Positions 12,591-26,640 are shown, counted from the whole stretch's first letter. The stretch is DNA of 63,966 nucleotides, filler included, from Reticulomyxa filosa (GCA_000512085.1; 25 parts of 25 records of this genome joined end to end with filler, not necessarily neighbours in it); one strand, 5' to 3'. The notes: generated by a model not told the origin, from the sequence alone. Numbers and translations: made by a program.

Positions 12591-13989
12591 ACATTTTATA
12601 TTGCGTTTTACTTTTTAGAAAAATTTGCTACTATTTTTTTCCCCAAGGTCTTGAGATATTAAAAGAAGAACAATTCGCTTTGAAAGAAAGTACTTCGATG
12701 TTTAAGTGTTGACTTTCAGAACTTTATAATTGGGTATTTTGTCGTGGCAGAAACGACAAAATAAAAATATTTTTTACCAAAAATTACCCAAATCAAAAAT
12801 TAGTTGCCGTATAGATATCGAGTTTTTTTTCTTACTTGTTTTTTTATGCATGAGACAATAAAAAATAAAGACTTATATTCTGTACATATCCTCGCAACAA
12901 ATCAACTGCGAAGCGAAAGATTATCACTTTTTTCAAATAGAAAATAGAATCATATGAAAGAATAGATTCCAAAGGTAAATAAAAGAATATATTGAACCAT
13001 TTCTTACTATACAGATAAATGAGTGACAGAGCATAAATTTGATAGCGATATTCAAAGGAAGTACTCGACCTACATTGCCGATATTGAGAACTAAGATTCG
13101 TACTTACAAAAAAGTAAGCGATAAAAAAAGTTTTAACGTAAAAGATATGTTCGTACACATTTGTTTTGATACAATTGCAAATAAACTTTGTCAATTGTTG
13201 TGTGTTTTCGATTATGTTCATTTTTGCTCTTTTGTTTGTTGATTTTTTACTCATTTTTTATGTGCCTTGTAAAAGTTGATTTCCTTACTTATTTACAAAT
13301 ACTGGAGATGTATATTGTGTGTTAAGAAATGAATATTCAATTTTTCAAACACAATTCCAACTGCATGTCAAAAAAAGTGTTTTTCTTTGTGTTTTTGCGA
13401 AGGAAAAAAAGATATAATAGTCATAATTTATATCAATCGAAATCCCTTTCCAGCAGCAATAAAAAAAAATAATAGGAGAAAATATAAATAAAATAATGAC
13501 AATGAAGAAAGTAAAAAGTTTTTGGATTCACAAGATCAGATAGAACTTCCTTTACAGTCACCTTGTAACTGTAAGAAGGTAAACACTAGTATTACACATA
13601 AATGCTTAAGTTGTTTAACAAGTCCATTTCATAATAAAAGAAATAGGATTTTTTACGTAGAGCGTTGCAAAAGTATCCCACTCTACATTTGGACACAGTT
13701 TTTACAAATTACACCACAAATACAAATTGTAATTTGAAGACGTAGTTAATGTTAGCAAACAACAAAGAAAATAAATTCCAAAAAAGGTGGTTTGTTAATG
13801 TGTAAAGTTTCACGCAATGCAACTTTATTTATTGTACGAGACTGCTTATGAAAACATCTGTACAGAAGATTGCTTGCATCAGCCTGTCAATTTTCATTTT
13901 GGCAATTAGTATTTTTCAAAAAAATAGTAAAAAAAGTTGTAGAGAGTGAACGTTTGTGAATTTCCAGAGGAGAAAAAAAGAAAAGTGTC

Positions 13990-14350
13990 ATGAGTCAATA
14001 CCGGCCCTCACGACATCAACCTCAGCGTCATGACAGCAAAGGAAGTGTGTTCAATCCGCAAAAGCATCAACAGAAGTCAATATGTCTGCGGAAGGTGCGT
14101 TCGTACGACGACGGCATGGAAAGAAGTATAAAGCCGAGTTCAAATGGGGTGATATCAGAGAAGAATGTGGAAAACAGCGACCCTCCGTTTCAATTGTTTA
14201 TTTGCTGTCGGTCGAATGTGCAAGTGATGTTAGGAAGTGAGCCATCAAGAGATGTGGTCCTAACCGATTTTTTTTGTGGCGACGTATTGGTAGCCAAGCC
14301 TGTGGTGAAAGGTGACATTGACTTTGTCCGAGTTATATGTGAAGCATTCA
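13990..14350 (+). CDS. Hypothetical protein, first exon (partial)
   Basis: ATG-initiated, higher-GC ORF running into a poly-T intron. No family recognised. Confidence 0.45.
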
Positions 14351-14476
14351 AACTATTTTTTTTTTTTTTTTTGTTTNNNNNNNNNNNNNNNNNNNNNNNN
14401 NNNNNNNNNNNNNNNNNNNNTTAATTAATTAANNNNNNNNNNNNNNNNNNNNNNNNNNNNNNNNNNNNNNNNNNNN

Positions 14477-15930
14477 GATTGAGGCCAACGGTTTATTCTT
14501 GCTCGTATATCCACAGCACTCCTCACAGCACTTTGACGTTGAAGCGTATCATCGACAGCAATTAGCAATTAAAAGATCACAATTAGAAAATGTAAAACAA
14601 AAAAAAAAGAGAGAAATTTCCAGAAAAACCAAGACACACGCTATTTGTGTAATGTATGTTTGGGGGGTTGACTTGTTAGGCAGAGAAACGAATGATAGAC
14701 ACACACTGGGCGTTTTTAAAACAATCCCAACTCAGCAATGAGTCGTATTTGGATTCATTGTTGAAGCACTTTCTATCCAATGTCCACATCAATATCACGC
14801 ATGTTCATATCCGATATCAAGACTTTACAACAGTCCCATATCACCCATTTGCTTGTGGGCTCACTTTGGAAAAGCTCACCGTCATCAATTTGACATCCAG
14901 TGTAAGTGAGCAGGGCCAACAAGACGACCATGTCACAAATGGACAAGAAGAAGATGATGATGATGAAGATGACGATGAGGATGAAGAGATTGATGGAAAT
15001 GACAATGGCAACAATAGTATTAACAATGATAACCATACTCATAATAATGACAGTGAAAACAATGATCATAACACAAATGCAAATGTAATAGCGAATGAAC
15101 ATGACAATGACACCGACAATGGTGAAAATGGAGAAACTGAAGGAGCAGATCGTCCAATGGCTTCTGAAGAAACTGTTCGACAAGCTATCGACCTGTTATC
15201 TGCCGACCCTTTTGAAGACCTTTCACAGTTGCAGAAAGTATCAAGTTTCGTGTGTGTATGTGTGTGTGTGTGTATTTAATTTCTTTTTTTTTTAAATCGA
15301 ATATTCAAAATCGATTTCGCAATGACCCCCTTTGCATACATAAAAAAAAAAAAAAAAAATGATAGACGAAGGGTTGAACAGATCCATCTCTGACAACGAA
15401 CAAGACACAAAATACAATAAATCGACAAATGAAAAGCCGATAAAGGAAAAGGGGAAAAGCATATCGAAAAAAATCACGTTCAAAAATCTGGCGGTGTATA
15501 TGAACACATTCAATCCAAAAACACAGACAAATGAACCCAAGAGCTCACCGTCGACGACTTCATCCACTAATGAAAATAAGAAAAAGTCCGTAATGGATAT
15601 GTTGAATGAAGATAGCAAAGTGTATTGGAACGACGAGACATTAACGGACGAACAAATGATCGGACGATTGGAGGTGATCCCGACACAAGACTACCGTACA
15701 CACGACTACGATTTTATCTTGTCGCCATTGACTTTGGAATTTGTTATGTACTTGAATAGCCAAATCCATTATTACATTCACAACTATGCCGACGACCCAT
15801 TAAAATGGAAGCCAAAAACGGAGTGCAAAATTTCGATGAATCGATTGAACATGTCCGCGAACAAAGCTCAATTGAACACCATTCAAGCGTGGTTGGAAGC
15901 ATGGAAATTTGTTGCTGCACGCATACAAGT
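14477..15930 (+). CDS. VPS13: VPS13 family lipid-transfer protein, N-terminal chorein region (3 exons, partial)
   Basis: Motifs IEANGLFLLVYP, SYLDSLLKHFLSNVHINITHVHIRYQD..HPFACGLTLEKL, SKKITFKNLAVYMN and YDFILSPL. Confidence 0.88.
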
Positions 15931-16150
15931 TTAAACCAACGCAGATTATTTATCACTTTTTTAATTGCATTTTATTATATATACGTATACATACACATAT
16001 ACATATATATATGTATATGTGTATACAATTAAATGACCGTTGCTCTTCCCNNNNNNNNNNNNNNNNNNNNNNNNNNNNNNNNNNNNNNNNNNNNTTAATT
16101 AATTAANNNNNNNNNNNNNNNNNNNNNNNNNNNNNNNNNNNNNNNNNNNN

Positions 16151-19100
16151 TCGTCGTCGTCGTCAAAGTTGATAGGTTGGATGACTGACACATTGAGCGA
16201 GGTAACATTTTTGCCACCGACGACATGGATTCCTCCAACGCTGTCGTAAAACATGCAATTCTTCATTACCATTGTCATAATGCTATGTCCCGATACTTTG
16301 AACAGACCCGCCGCACTTTGCACATCTTGCATCGCAATGTTATCAAACAGCACAGCGGCTGCAAAGTCCTGCGCAAAGCCCGCCGAAAACAGTATCGTGG
16401 CATTCACCATCGTGTCATGGCTTTTCCATGTGGCAATATGTCGAATATTCACATTTTGCATTTGCAGTATGGCGCCTTCAAAGTGGACCGCAATGGTATC
16501 GGTCGAGTCTTCGACCGTCACATTTTCGATCGTCATCGCTGGCGGCTGATAGCCAATGGACTCAAAGTTCGCCGACACAGTCAACTTAATTGCATATGTC
16601 CAATGCAACTGTGAAAAGTACGTATTGATGACTGTCACATTTGAGTTTTCGCTTTTGTATACGTAATCATTGACCAACACAGGGATGTTCACCGACACAA
16701 TCTCTCCGTCTACAATGTTGGTGAATCGCGAGTCGCGCACAATGACTTGCTTGGGTGGGAACTGGCGAGATGTTCGTTGACATCCGACGCAAATAACATT
16801 TCCTTGAAAACTGTCCACTGTCATGTTCGTCACCTCGATGGGAAATTCCGAACTGGCAAAATCGACAGATAGAAACGCCATCGTACTATTCTTTGTGATA
16901 TTGTTGTGTAAGTATATATCACGCATAAATAAGCCCGCGGCTTTTTGTTGTGTATTGTCCAGCCACGACCACAAGTTGAGATACATATGATTCGACTTCA
17001 CCGTTGAAAGAAGACCGTTCATTTCAACGTCGATATAATTGACGCGAGTCATTTCGATTCTGGACACATTTGCTTCAATGTTGACGAATTTGCAATGTCG
17101 CAGCGTGACGTCGGACATTGACAGATGTGTGGCATTGTACAAGCGTAATAGGAACTGGAGTGGATATAGAGTAATGTCTTCGAATAGCACGTGTCTCCAA
17201 TCAATGCCAATTGGCGCAAATGATGTATGCGGATGCGATACTTGGAACTGTATGATTTGACGACGTTGATTCGTCGTTTCTATTGTTTCAAATGTCGAGT
17301 ACTCGACCAACATATGTAAACAGTCGTTGCAGACAATGAAAAAGTCTATTGCGTCGAACACAGTCACTTGCGACAGACTCAGAAACATAGGGATATGAAA
17401 CGTCAATTGCGAGTCATCCACTTGCGTGAATTGCACATCGTGGATGGACAGATTGAACCCTCGCAGGAATGATGTGCTGACCGACGTTTGCGTGTCGCCG
17501 CTCCATTCGTTTGATATTACTTGCAACAATGTGCTTCCAAAGATCATTGCAAAATCCACGCCGTCGATAATGAATTGCGTCGGCAGTCCCTCCTTGGCGA
17601 TTCCAATATCAAACACGTTGCAATATGATATATTCGTAAATACTGTGTCTGTCACTGTGACGACACTTTCATCGGTCATGTTAATATGAAACAGCCACGA
17701 TTGCAATGGGATATTATCTCCTCCTCCGTTGATTTCAAATAAAAAAAAACATTGATCAATCACGAGCATTTCATTATCGTATTGCACTTCAAACACGATA
17801 TTCCCGCCATTGGTCTCTTTCGTGGCCGACGATAGCATATAGAATTGGCTGCGTTCAATCCACAGCACGTTCAGTCCTTGCGCGTTCACCACGTTCCCAG
17901 TCATATTGATCCACTTACTATTTTCAATGTTCACTGCATATACCGATCCGACCAGATTGAGAAACGTACCATCTCCTTGAACAACATTATCAACATTATC
18001 AGACGTCGTCATTGTCGTCATCATACTAATCGTCGAGTTTTGAAGGGTGACATTGACCAAAGGTGTGTCTTCATCTTCTGGCTCGCCTGCAAGCAACAGG
18101 ATCACATCGCCCGTGGAATTGGCCAGAAAGAAGCGATTGCTTGCAAATTTCACATTCACAGAGCGTGTAACACCTTGCGGCACGATCTTCATCAATGTCT
18201 TTTGCAAGTACCAGTCAATGCCATTGAACCGCACCGAGGCAGTGCCCGTGTGGAACGAAGGTCCTTGTTCCAACATGTTTTGTATGCATACGTTGTTGCT
18301 GCTGTCCGTGTCATTGTCCACTGTGCTCGTCAACGCCGAGTGCAGGAAGGGAGGCACGAAGCGCAACATCGCCGTCTCATTGCCATCGAACCAGTCGTCT
18401 GTGTGCCGCTTCACTTGCATAAACCAAGGACTCGTCCAAATCACCTCCGCGGGGATCGCCGCCGTGGTCTGCGTCACTTCCGTCGTGTACAGGTCCAATG
18501 CCGCTACACTGTCTGAAAGCGACAGCTCGTTGCATCCACTTTCACTATCGTTGCTCTTTAGTAGTACGTACTCGCAGCTGTGGAAGTAGCGTTCATGTGG
18601 ATTCGCTTCACGTGTTTTATCTTTTCACAAATACAAATACATATATATACATATATTTATATATATTTATATATATATAAATATACATTTTTATAAGTAT
18701 ACATACACAAACGTAAAATTTGTTTCATGATCACCCCCCCCCCCTCCCCTTTTTTTAAAAAAAAAAACTCAACTGATAACATCCAAACAAGCTTGTATCG
18801 TCTGTGCAGTGAACAGGTCCGAACACGTCTCATTCATGAAAACAGAATAGTTGAACTTGGCCAATGACACATTGGATTGAATCAAGTTATTCGACTGATC
18901 AAACTGCAAGGACGAGTACGGACGACACAGGTGCTGATAACTCGTCGCTTGTGTCGACGAAGACAGGTCGACAAAGAAGGTGGTGACAATGCGAGCAATG
19001 GTCTTGGTTCGCACTTGCAGGCACCAGTCGATCAATCGACTGTTGTCGAGACTCGCATGACTTATATTGTTGTCTGGGCCTTCCAAGATCTGCAACTCGT

Positions 19101-19470
19101 ACTCTCCTTCCACAAAGCCATTGGTCAACGACGACAATTTGTCTATCGGCGTATACACAAACTGATCCGTTGGAAACATCACAGCGCTCGCCGTGTGCGT
19201 GCCGTTGTCATTGTCATCCAATTCCACCGCGTAGCTATAGCTGTTGCTGCTGTTACCAACGTCGCTACTATCTTCCACCAACGTAAGACTCGTGCTCGTA
19301 TTGTGATTCCAAAACTTTATCCATTGATACGTCGCGTTCGGATTGCTGCTCCGATTCGTGCCTTGCAGATGCACTATCACCGTCATCGAGTCGATCACAT
19401 TATCGTTTGGTAGGTCCATTATTCTTATTATTTGTGTTGCTCCACTTGAGCCACAATATCTTCTTTCTAC
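16151..19470 (-). CDS. Large extracellular-type protein: P-domain-like module followed by a long beta-helix-like region (partial, intron ~18622-18773)
   Basis: More than 1000 aa of open exons with many N-x-S/T sequons and repeated 'I.N..F.N' strand patterns. LSSLTNGFVEGEYELQILEG...LIDWCLQV resembles proprotein convertase P-domain C-terminal strands. Confidence 0.6.
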
Positions 19471-19879
19471 CTTTTTTTTTTTTTTTTTTTTTAACAAACA
19501 TGNNNNNNNNNNNNNNNNNNNNNNNNNNNNNNNNNNNNNNNNNNNNTTAATTAATTAANNNNNNNNNNNNNNNNNNNNNNNNNNNNNNNNNNNNNNNNNN
19601 NNATTGGCGTGATCAAGTAATAATCAATTTGAAGCTTTTCTTGAAGTAATACAAGTGCTTCATCAGGTGAAAGCGTACATTGATGATATGCCAAAAATAA
19701 TTGTTTAACTTGTATGAATATTGTTCTTTTGTTAGGTTTAATTGTAGATTTTTTTTCTTCATTTTGCTCATCATCAAGTGGTTCTTCATTTGGTTTGTAA
19801 CTGTTATCACTTTGTTTATTATCACTTGCTATTCACATAATTATCATTTTCTTCACTTGTGAAGCACACATGATAATAA

Positions 19880-20220
19880 TGATATTGTCTATAATTTTTG
19901 CAAATTATCGGATACTATCTGGTTTATGTATTGTAACAATATTTTCTATTTTTCATGCATTAGGAAAATACTAATTTTGTAACTCCATCAAAAAGTAATA
20001 CCAATAAATTGATCAAACTTTGTCACAATCAAATTGTGAATATTGTCAGTACATTGCGACTTAATGCAGATACATATTTAATATATTCAATTACTTCTTC
20101 TTCAGTAATCTCTGATTGATACCATTTATCCATTGAATAGTATTCATTTAATTCAATTTCTTTTGATATTTCGACTAATGAACAAATTTCATCTTCAGTA
20201 TAGTTTTCATCATTTAATAT
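19880..20220 (-). mobile_element. Decayed non-LTR retrotransposon RT N-terminal fragment
   Basis: Minus-strand remnants EITEEEVIEYIKY, DNIHN, IFPNA*K, KP..CKNYRQ match the LINE RT domain 0/1 and the copy at 29580-29720. Confidence 0.7.
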
Positions 20221-20999
20221 AGGTTAGAGTAATTCTTTTCCTCCAAATATACTAAACTATAGGAAAAAAAAGAAAACGTAATATCATCTTTAAAAACCCG
20301 AGTATTTGTATGTATGCATCTTTCATTTGAATAATTAGAGTATAATTACTATTTTTAATAACAATAATTTAAGACAACGCTTTTGACAAAAAGACATTTG
20401 ATTATAAAACTTAAAATGAAATTGCCTAATTTTTTGTATGCTTTTCTTCTCTTAATCTCCACTTTCATTACAAACAAGCCAAACGCAATGACCCTGGTTT
20501 GCATTATTACATATATGTTTCAAAATTTCATTATGTTAAAAGTTTTTTTAAGTTAATTGAGATAAAAGCAATAAAACAAAAAGAACAAACTAATTCTTTC
20601 ATGAAATTAAATGTGAGAAGACTATTTGGTGATGTCCTTATCTTAGACTGAACTGATGTAAATAAAGCAAAAAAGATATTCTTCTTGCTCGTCTGTAAGT
20701 TTGTTCATCGGTGTGAGAGGTCCAAACAGTGTTTCGTTCGTTCTTTTTTGTTAGTGGTAATATTTTCTTCGAATGTCAAAAGTTTAACAGCATTCCGTCA
20801 ACAACACTGATTTTCAAAAGTTTATGGAAGAAATTTAATCAACTTCCAAAAAAAAACATTACTCCTTCTTAATCAAAGTTCAATAATAAAATATAATATA
20901 TTGTCGATATTGATTGGAAGAGCATTAGCAAATGTCGAAAACTGACATTCAAGAGAATGAAAAAAAAATAGGTATTGTAGTTTTTAGTGTAGGGACACT

Positions 21000-22520
21000 G
21001 TGGGTCTTTGGAGAAATAATGAAATGTTTGTGACAGAGACAAACTGGTGGAAATTGAGGAAAAGCAATAAAATGGGTTACATGATTGAGCCAAAGCCCAA
21101 ATATGCAAACAGGCATAAATACAATACCCGAAATGGATTTGAGCGCAGGCCAAGAGATGAGAATGAGAGCAAATTGCCAGACCTTGCAATGGGTGTAAAT
21201 AGTAGCTGGCGTTGGAGTAATATAAGCACATGCAACACAAGAAATGAGAATGAACAAGGGACAGACGTCCAAAATTTGGAATTTAGAATCGAAGAATTAG
21301 AGATTCGAGCCTCCTAAATCGAACAATTAAAAGAGAATTTTCGAATGGTTAGTAATGGGTCTCGTCTGGTTGCCAAGCGCATAATGGAACAAAAGCAGCG
21401 ATTGGTTGAAGTGAAAAAAGCATTGAATTTGAAGATAATGCAATTGAATTTGTATCGGCAAGATCATTATTCAAATGATAACAATAAACAACAGAATGAC
21501 AATATAATAATATTGTATTGCCAATTCATTTGAGATCAAAATTCAGTGAGTTTTTGCAAGAATTGCTGACGATACTTTGCGCAGGCATTACACAATTTCG
21601 TGTAAAGCATCAACTCAAAGACACTACCTTCTCAAATCACTAGACAATGCTTGTTTGCTGGATTGGTCAAAATTGGCAATAGTATCACCGTCGATTAAGT
21701 TAGCGGGTTGGAATTGAGATTGACTGGGTCCTTTCAAATCCAACACAAATTCATGGTGTTTTTTTTTTAAAAAAAAAAGAATTTTATGTTATGTTTTTGT
21801 TATATGCAAAAAAGATACTAGAAGAAAAGAAACCATTGATACACGAACCAATGATAGTATAAATGGAACAGCGAATACGAATACAATGAGCAGACGTAAG
21901 CAAAGCTGCACAACGTCGAAGTCGATGTCAATGAATGATGGTATTCCTACTGGAACCACACAACCTGCATCGACTGTAGCAACTGCGACAGCGACAGTGA
22001 ATAATAATGGCAATGCTCTGTAACTTGCCAACGATGATGCAAGAAGTCGGCCAAGGAAATGCCCTTACATACGCAATGGGCGTCAATCGAAAGATTTTTT
22101 ACAACTTGCGTTCATCACGAATCTCGAAAGTCCACTTTTTCATGGATGATAAAGTCTATTTTGAAAGTGACAGAGACAATGGCAGTTCTGGTTCCATATC
22201 CAAGACTAGACTTCAATTTCCACATGATTCTGAAGATGACTTTATCATTGATCATGCAAATAAATTTATATACATATATTATATAAAAAGATGACAAAAT
22301 TATTTTAAAAAAAAGTTCAATAGATTATTTTTAAAAAAAAAACAAAAACTGGGTGAAGATAGCAATGAAGGAAGAGATGAGTTGGACTTTGGAGACAGAG
22401 AGGCGAAAGAGATGATGAATGAAATGGTAACATTGGCACGACGAATATGACGGGAAATGACAGCAGGGACTATGCGAACAATGACGGATATTGTAATGCT
22501 CGCAACCGACCGTCAACACA
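21000..22520 (+). pseudogene. Probable disrupted coding region of unknown family
   Basis: Several protein-like ORF pieces separated by stops, frameshifts and intron-like T/A runs. Confidence 0.3.
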
Positions 22521-22779
22521 AAAAGACCCATATTTTGAAACTCACACAAATGTGAAACTTATGCTAGCATAACAAATTAATTATATTACGAAAGTGACAA
22601 AACCAACAAACAATAATTGNNNNNNNNNNNNNNNNNNNNNNNNNNNNNNNNNNNNNNNNNNNNTTAATTAATTAANNNNNNNNNNNNNNNNNNNNNNNNN
22701 NNNNNNNNNNNNNNNNNNNGCGATTGACAACAATACTTTGCAAATGCAACTATTGGAGAGAAAGAAAAAAAAAACAATA

Positions 22780-25700
22780 TTAAAATACCATATGCTTGGC
22801 TTTGGTCAATTCCAACCAAATAGCATCAGCGATCGGACTGATTGACTGTGTACGTTCCGACATGCTTCGGATATGTTTCCATGAGGTTTCGGACTCTTTT
22901 TCCAGGCTCGCCATTTCGTGCATTAAAGTGGTCCACAAGTCGATGACAGGAGACAGCTGCTTCTTCCAAAGCTGCGTTTGCAAATTGCAAGCGTCGCTTC
23001 CTGAAGACGGAGCAAGGCCGGACGACACCGCGCACAATTTTTTTAAATGGTGTATCGTGTCCATTACACTTCTCTCTTGGCCAAGGGCATCCGAAGTTGG
23101 AGGCAGTCCAAACATTTTCTTTTTTTTTTTTTTTAATTTTAAATTTTTTTAAAAAAAAAAAAAAAAAAAAACTTTTTTTTTTTGTAATGATTAGACAGTA
23201 ACTGGAACATTAACATCTGGTAAAATGTTGATGAACTGGATAAAAGCTTCTTTCGATATATCTCTCACTTTGGTTAGTTGACCTAAATATTCGATCCCAG
23301 GGACGTAGTCCAGTTGCTCCGAAGTGCTGTTTTGCTCCCCTTCGTGAATGAGAGCGTCGCTGAAAAAAAGACAGAGGTAGTGGTGCAGCGTTTTCAAGTC
23401 CGAAGTATCGTCAATCTTTGGTCCATATATGGCCATACGTAGTAGACCCTTCAACACGGTCCAGCATGTGCGCTTGTCGAATGCCTTCGATTCGAACATG
23501 TGATGGGTCATTTCTGTGGCAATGCGCAAATCGGCTTCGCTAAACTCATAGCACTTGGTGAAGCCTTGAGGGACGTACGTCCTTCTCTCTTGCACAATGG
23601 AATGTAACCAGCCCAACATAAATATCGTAATATTCTTTTGCTTGTTTGTACTCGCGAAATAGTCTTTCTTAATTAGAGATATTGAACGAAGTAAGTTTTG
23701 TTTGAACCCTGGAGGGGGCTCACATGTCAACTTCAAACTATTCTGTAACACCACAGAAGGGAAATGATCTGTCATTTCCGTTGTCAGCCACAGGCGAAAT
23801 CCTGCTGCTTTCTAAATATATATATATATATATATAATATATATATGTATATATATATATATTTTTCAAGATAATAATAATAATAATGTGCTTCCCTCTT
23901 TTTTTTTTTTAACAACAAAACTTGAAGTGAATCAACCGTCTTAATTATATCATTAACCCATGGGGTTACCAAATGCAAATTTTTCAAACAAATCCAATTG
24001 CCTTTTTCAGCAGCTTCTTTGATTGCCAGCAAACAATGTTCTTTTTGATTTGAACCCATTGCAATTTCGACCAAATGGTCCAATCCCACAGTTGCATCTG
24101 CAAAATCTCTCAGCTCTTGAGACGGATCTGCTCCCGCGGTGGTAATAAACAAAACAGTAGTATTGGCATTGGCTTGCTGTTCGCTACGTATACGTTCCGA
24201 CAGCTGATGTTGGCGCGATGTCGAACAGAGGCTATCGATATCTAGCTGATTGCAAATGAATTCGTGCAAGGCCAAATAGAGCCTATCCTTGCGGAACATT
24301 TGCACAAGCAAGAGTTGCTCAAACGGACTCACTCCAAACTTGTGTTCATCGACCAATTTGTTTAGAGCCTGTTCAGGCTTGGGGCACTTTGTCCACTCAA
24401 ACCATATATTGGCATACTCTTTTTCCAGCATCTTGCACTTTGCAATGACCGTGTCTTTGAAGGCGACAGAAAACGATCGAAACGCTTCGCGGGCATTGGA
24501 AGGCACCCAAGATGGCACTTTGTGCAAGGAATTCTTGGAGTCATCTCCATTGCTATCCGCGTAAGCTTTGCTTGAATCATTAATAAAATAAGACCATTCC
24601 AACTCTGTGATTGACTCCTGGAACTTGTTATTTTTTTTATAAAAAAAAAAAAAAAAAATTGTGGCAAACACCCCCTTTTCACGTATTTATTAGAAAGAGG
24701 AAGTACGTATACAAAAAAAAAAAAGAGTGACACATACCACAGCTTTAATCAAATGCATTGCAAATGTGACTACGTCACTTTTAAATAAAGATTGAGAGAT
24801 ATTTTGGAACACAGATGCAACCAAGTTACGACACAGAGTTTCAATGCGATCACCGGAGCTCACAGACGTGTTCTGAAGATTGTCTTGCACCAACTCCAAA
24901 AACGATGCCAAACTGAATTGATACATGTGATTGAGGGAGTGCAGCGAGCTGATTGTGAAATAAATGTTCGATCCCAGCTGCGCCAACTTTTGGTAAATAT
25001 CACGCTGCACGTTCAATTGAGATTGAATCACTTGAGCCTCTTCAAGTGCACTCTTGATTTTTTCCGACTGTTTTTTGGAGTTGTTCAAGGAATCTGGGTA
25101 CGTACATTAGTGTCAATCCCAATATCACACACACACACACACACATACAAGAATACCTAGTGATTGATGTAAACTCATGTAAACAAACAAACAAAACAAA
25201 AAATTAGTAAGGTACACAATAAGGAACTTACCAATCAATGTGCAATTGTCCAGAAGACTTCCTTGAGAGGTTGCCAATTCTTTCAACAAAAGACTTTCTA
25301 GATTCTCCAGCTACATTATTGATCATTTTTTGTTCACCATAAAAAGAGGGGGGAAAAAAAAAGAGTGGCTCCATTTTTTAAAAAAGGGCAATGATTGAAC
25401 ATTAAAAAAAAAAAATTATATATACATATATATATATATCTTAAAAAGGATTAATAAGTGGGTGTACACGTTGCAAAACTTCCATCTTGTATTGCTCTTC
25501 CTGTTGCATGAGTTGGATTTTTTTGGTTTCCAGTTCTGGTAGCTCATGCTTTATCACCATTGTTAATAACTGACCTTGCAAACCGGACTTGGTCACGCTG
25601 AAACTTATTTTATTAACAAATGCACTCAAGGGTCGGGATAACTGGAATTGAGAGTTCCTGGTAATTAAAAACAGTCGAAATGACTGTTCGTTGAAGTCTA

Positions 25701-26204
25701 CTACCGTCTCTCCAATGCAAATGACAGGACGACCTAAGGAGCCGCCACTAACTCCATTGTCACTGGCTCCATGTCTTTGCGTTTGTCGTTTTAGCAATGG
25801 ATACAAGAAGGGCTCGATTTCCTCCACATCCAAGATAAGCAATGTTTTACCAAAGCGCACACTTAGCTCCAAAGTCTTCACAAATTTGGAGCCTCCATAT
25901 TGGATGACCTCCAAAGGTCGATCGCCCTGTCCCAAGTAATTGACCAGCCATTGTTTGGCCTCGGCATTCGGATCCACAATGATCGGGAACAAATGTGTCT
26001 GCAACATGATCATTGCATTTTCATACGCCAATTGATAGTCGGGTAGTCCTTGAGATTTCCACAGCATTTGGTCGTTCGAGCCAACCATGAAATGGAGCAC
26101 GTCCTGTTTAACACTTGATCCTTGCATGTTGGAAGCATTATCATTCCAAATGCATTTACGCCACTCTTGAATAGATTGAGCCCTTTCATCTTCAGGATAT
26201 GCAC
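22780..26204 (-). CDS. DYNC2H1: Cytoplasmic dynein 2 (retrograde IFT dynein) heavy chain, AAA5-AAA6 and C-terminal region, about 6 exons, partial
   Basis: Motifs WKSQGLPDYQLAYENA, FVKTLELSVRFGKTL, EPFLYPLL, SGLQGQLL, GADPSQEL, WICLKNLHLV, LQNSLKLTCEPPPG and QERRTYVPQGFTKCYEFS. These are closest to the dynein-2 wording of the motifs. Confidence 0.9.
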
Positions 26205-26383
26205 CTTAATAAAAATTATATATGTATATATATATATATAAATAAATGTGAACATGTCCCTTCACTCGCTCACTCCTTTATTTNNNNNNNNNNNNNNNNN
26301 NNNNNNNNNNNNNNNNNNNNNNNNNNNTTAATTAATTAANNNNNNNNNNNNNNNNNNNNNNNNNNNNNNNNNNNNNNNNNNNN

Positions 26384-26418
<35 letters not shown>

Positions 26419-26640
26419 AAAAAAGGAGATGCTCTTTTTTTTTATCTTGAGAAAGAACGTGTGTACGTTGTCTCATTTTTCAAATTTTTGTAACTTAATA
26501 TATATTTGTTGATCTTTTCCCAAACATTCTTACCATCAGAACAATGGTAAAAGGAAAAATATGTGCTCAAAGTTGTAAAAATTTTCCTTTTTTTGAATTG
26601 TGTTTGGTGGCTCTTTTCTTTGAAATAGTCCTGGCATTCC

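Noticed and set aside
17845-18589. Long antisense ORFs, here and at 10280-10849, 11058-11681, 36288-36965 and 60434-61093
   Set aside because: They are shadows of real genes on the opposite strand or of microsatellites.
16151-26204. Alternative genetic code (stop reassignment)
   Set aside because: Long conserved exons are free of in-frame stops under the standard code. Stops cluster only in decayed elements.
26384-26416. Poly-G run as a G-quadruplex element
   Set aside because: A pure homopolymer at a contig edge whose length is unreliable.
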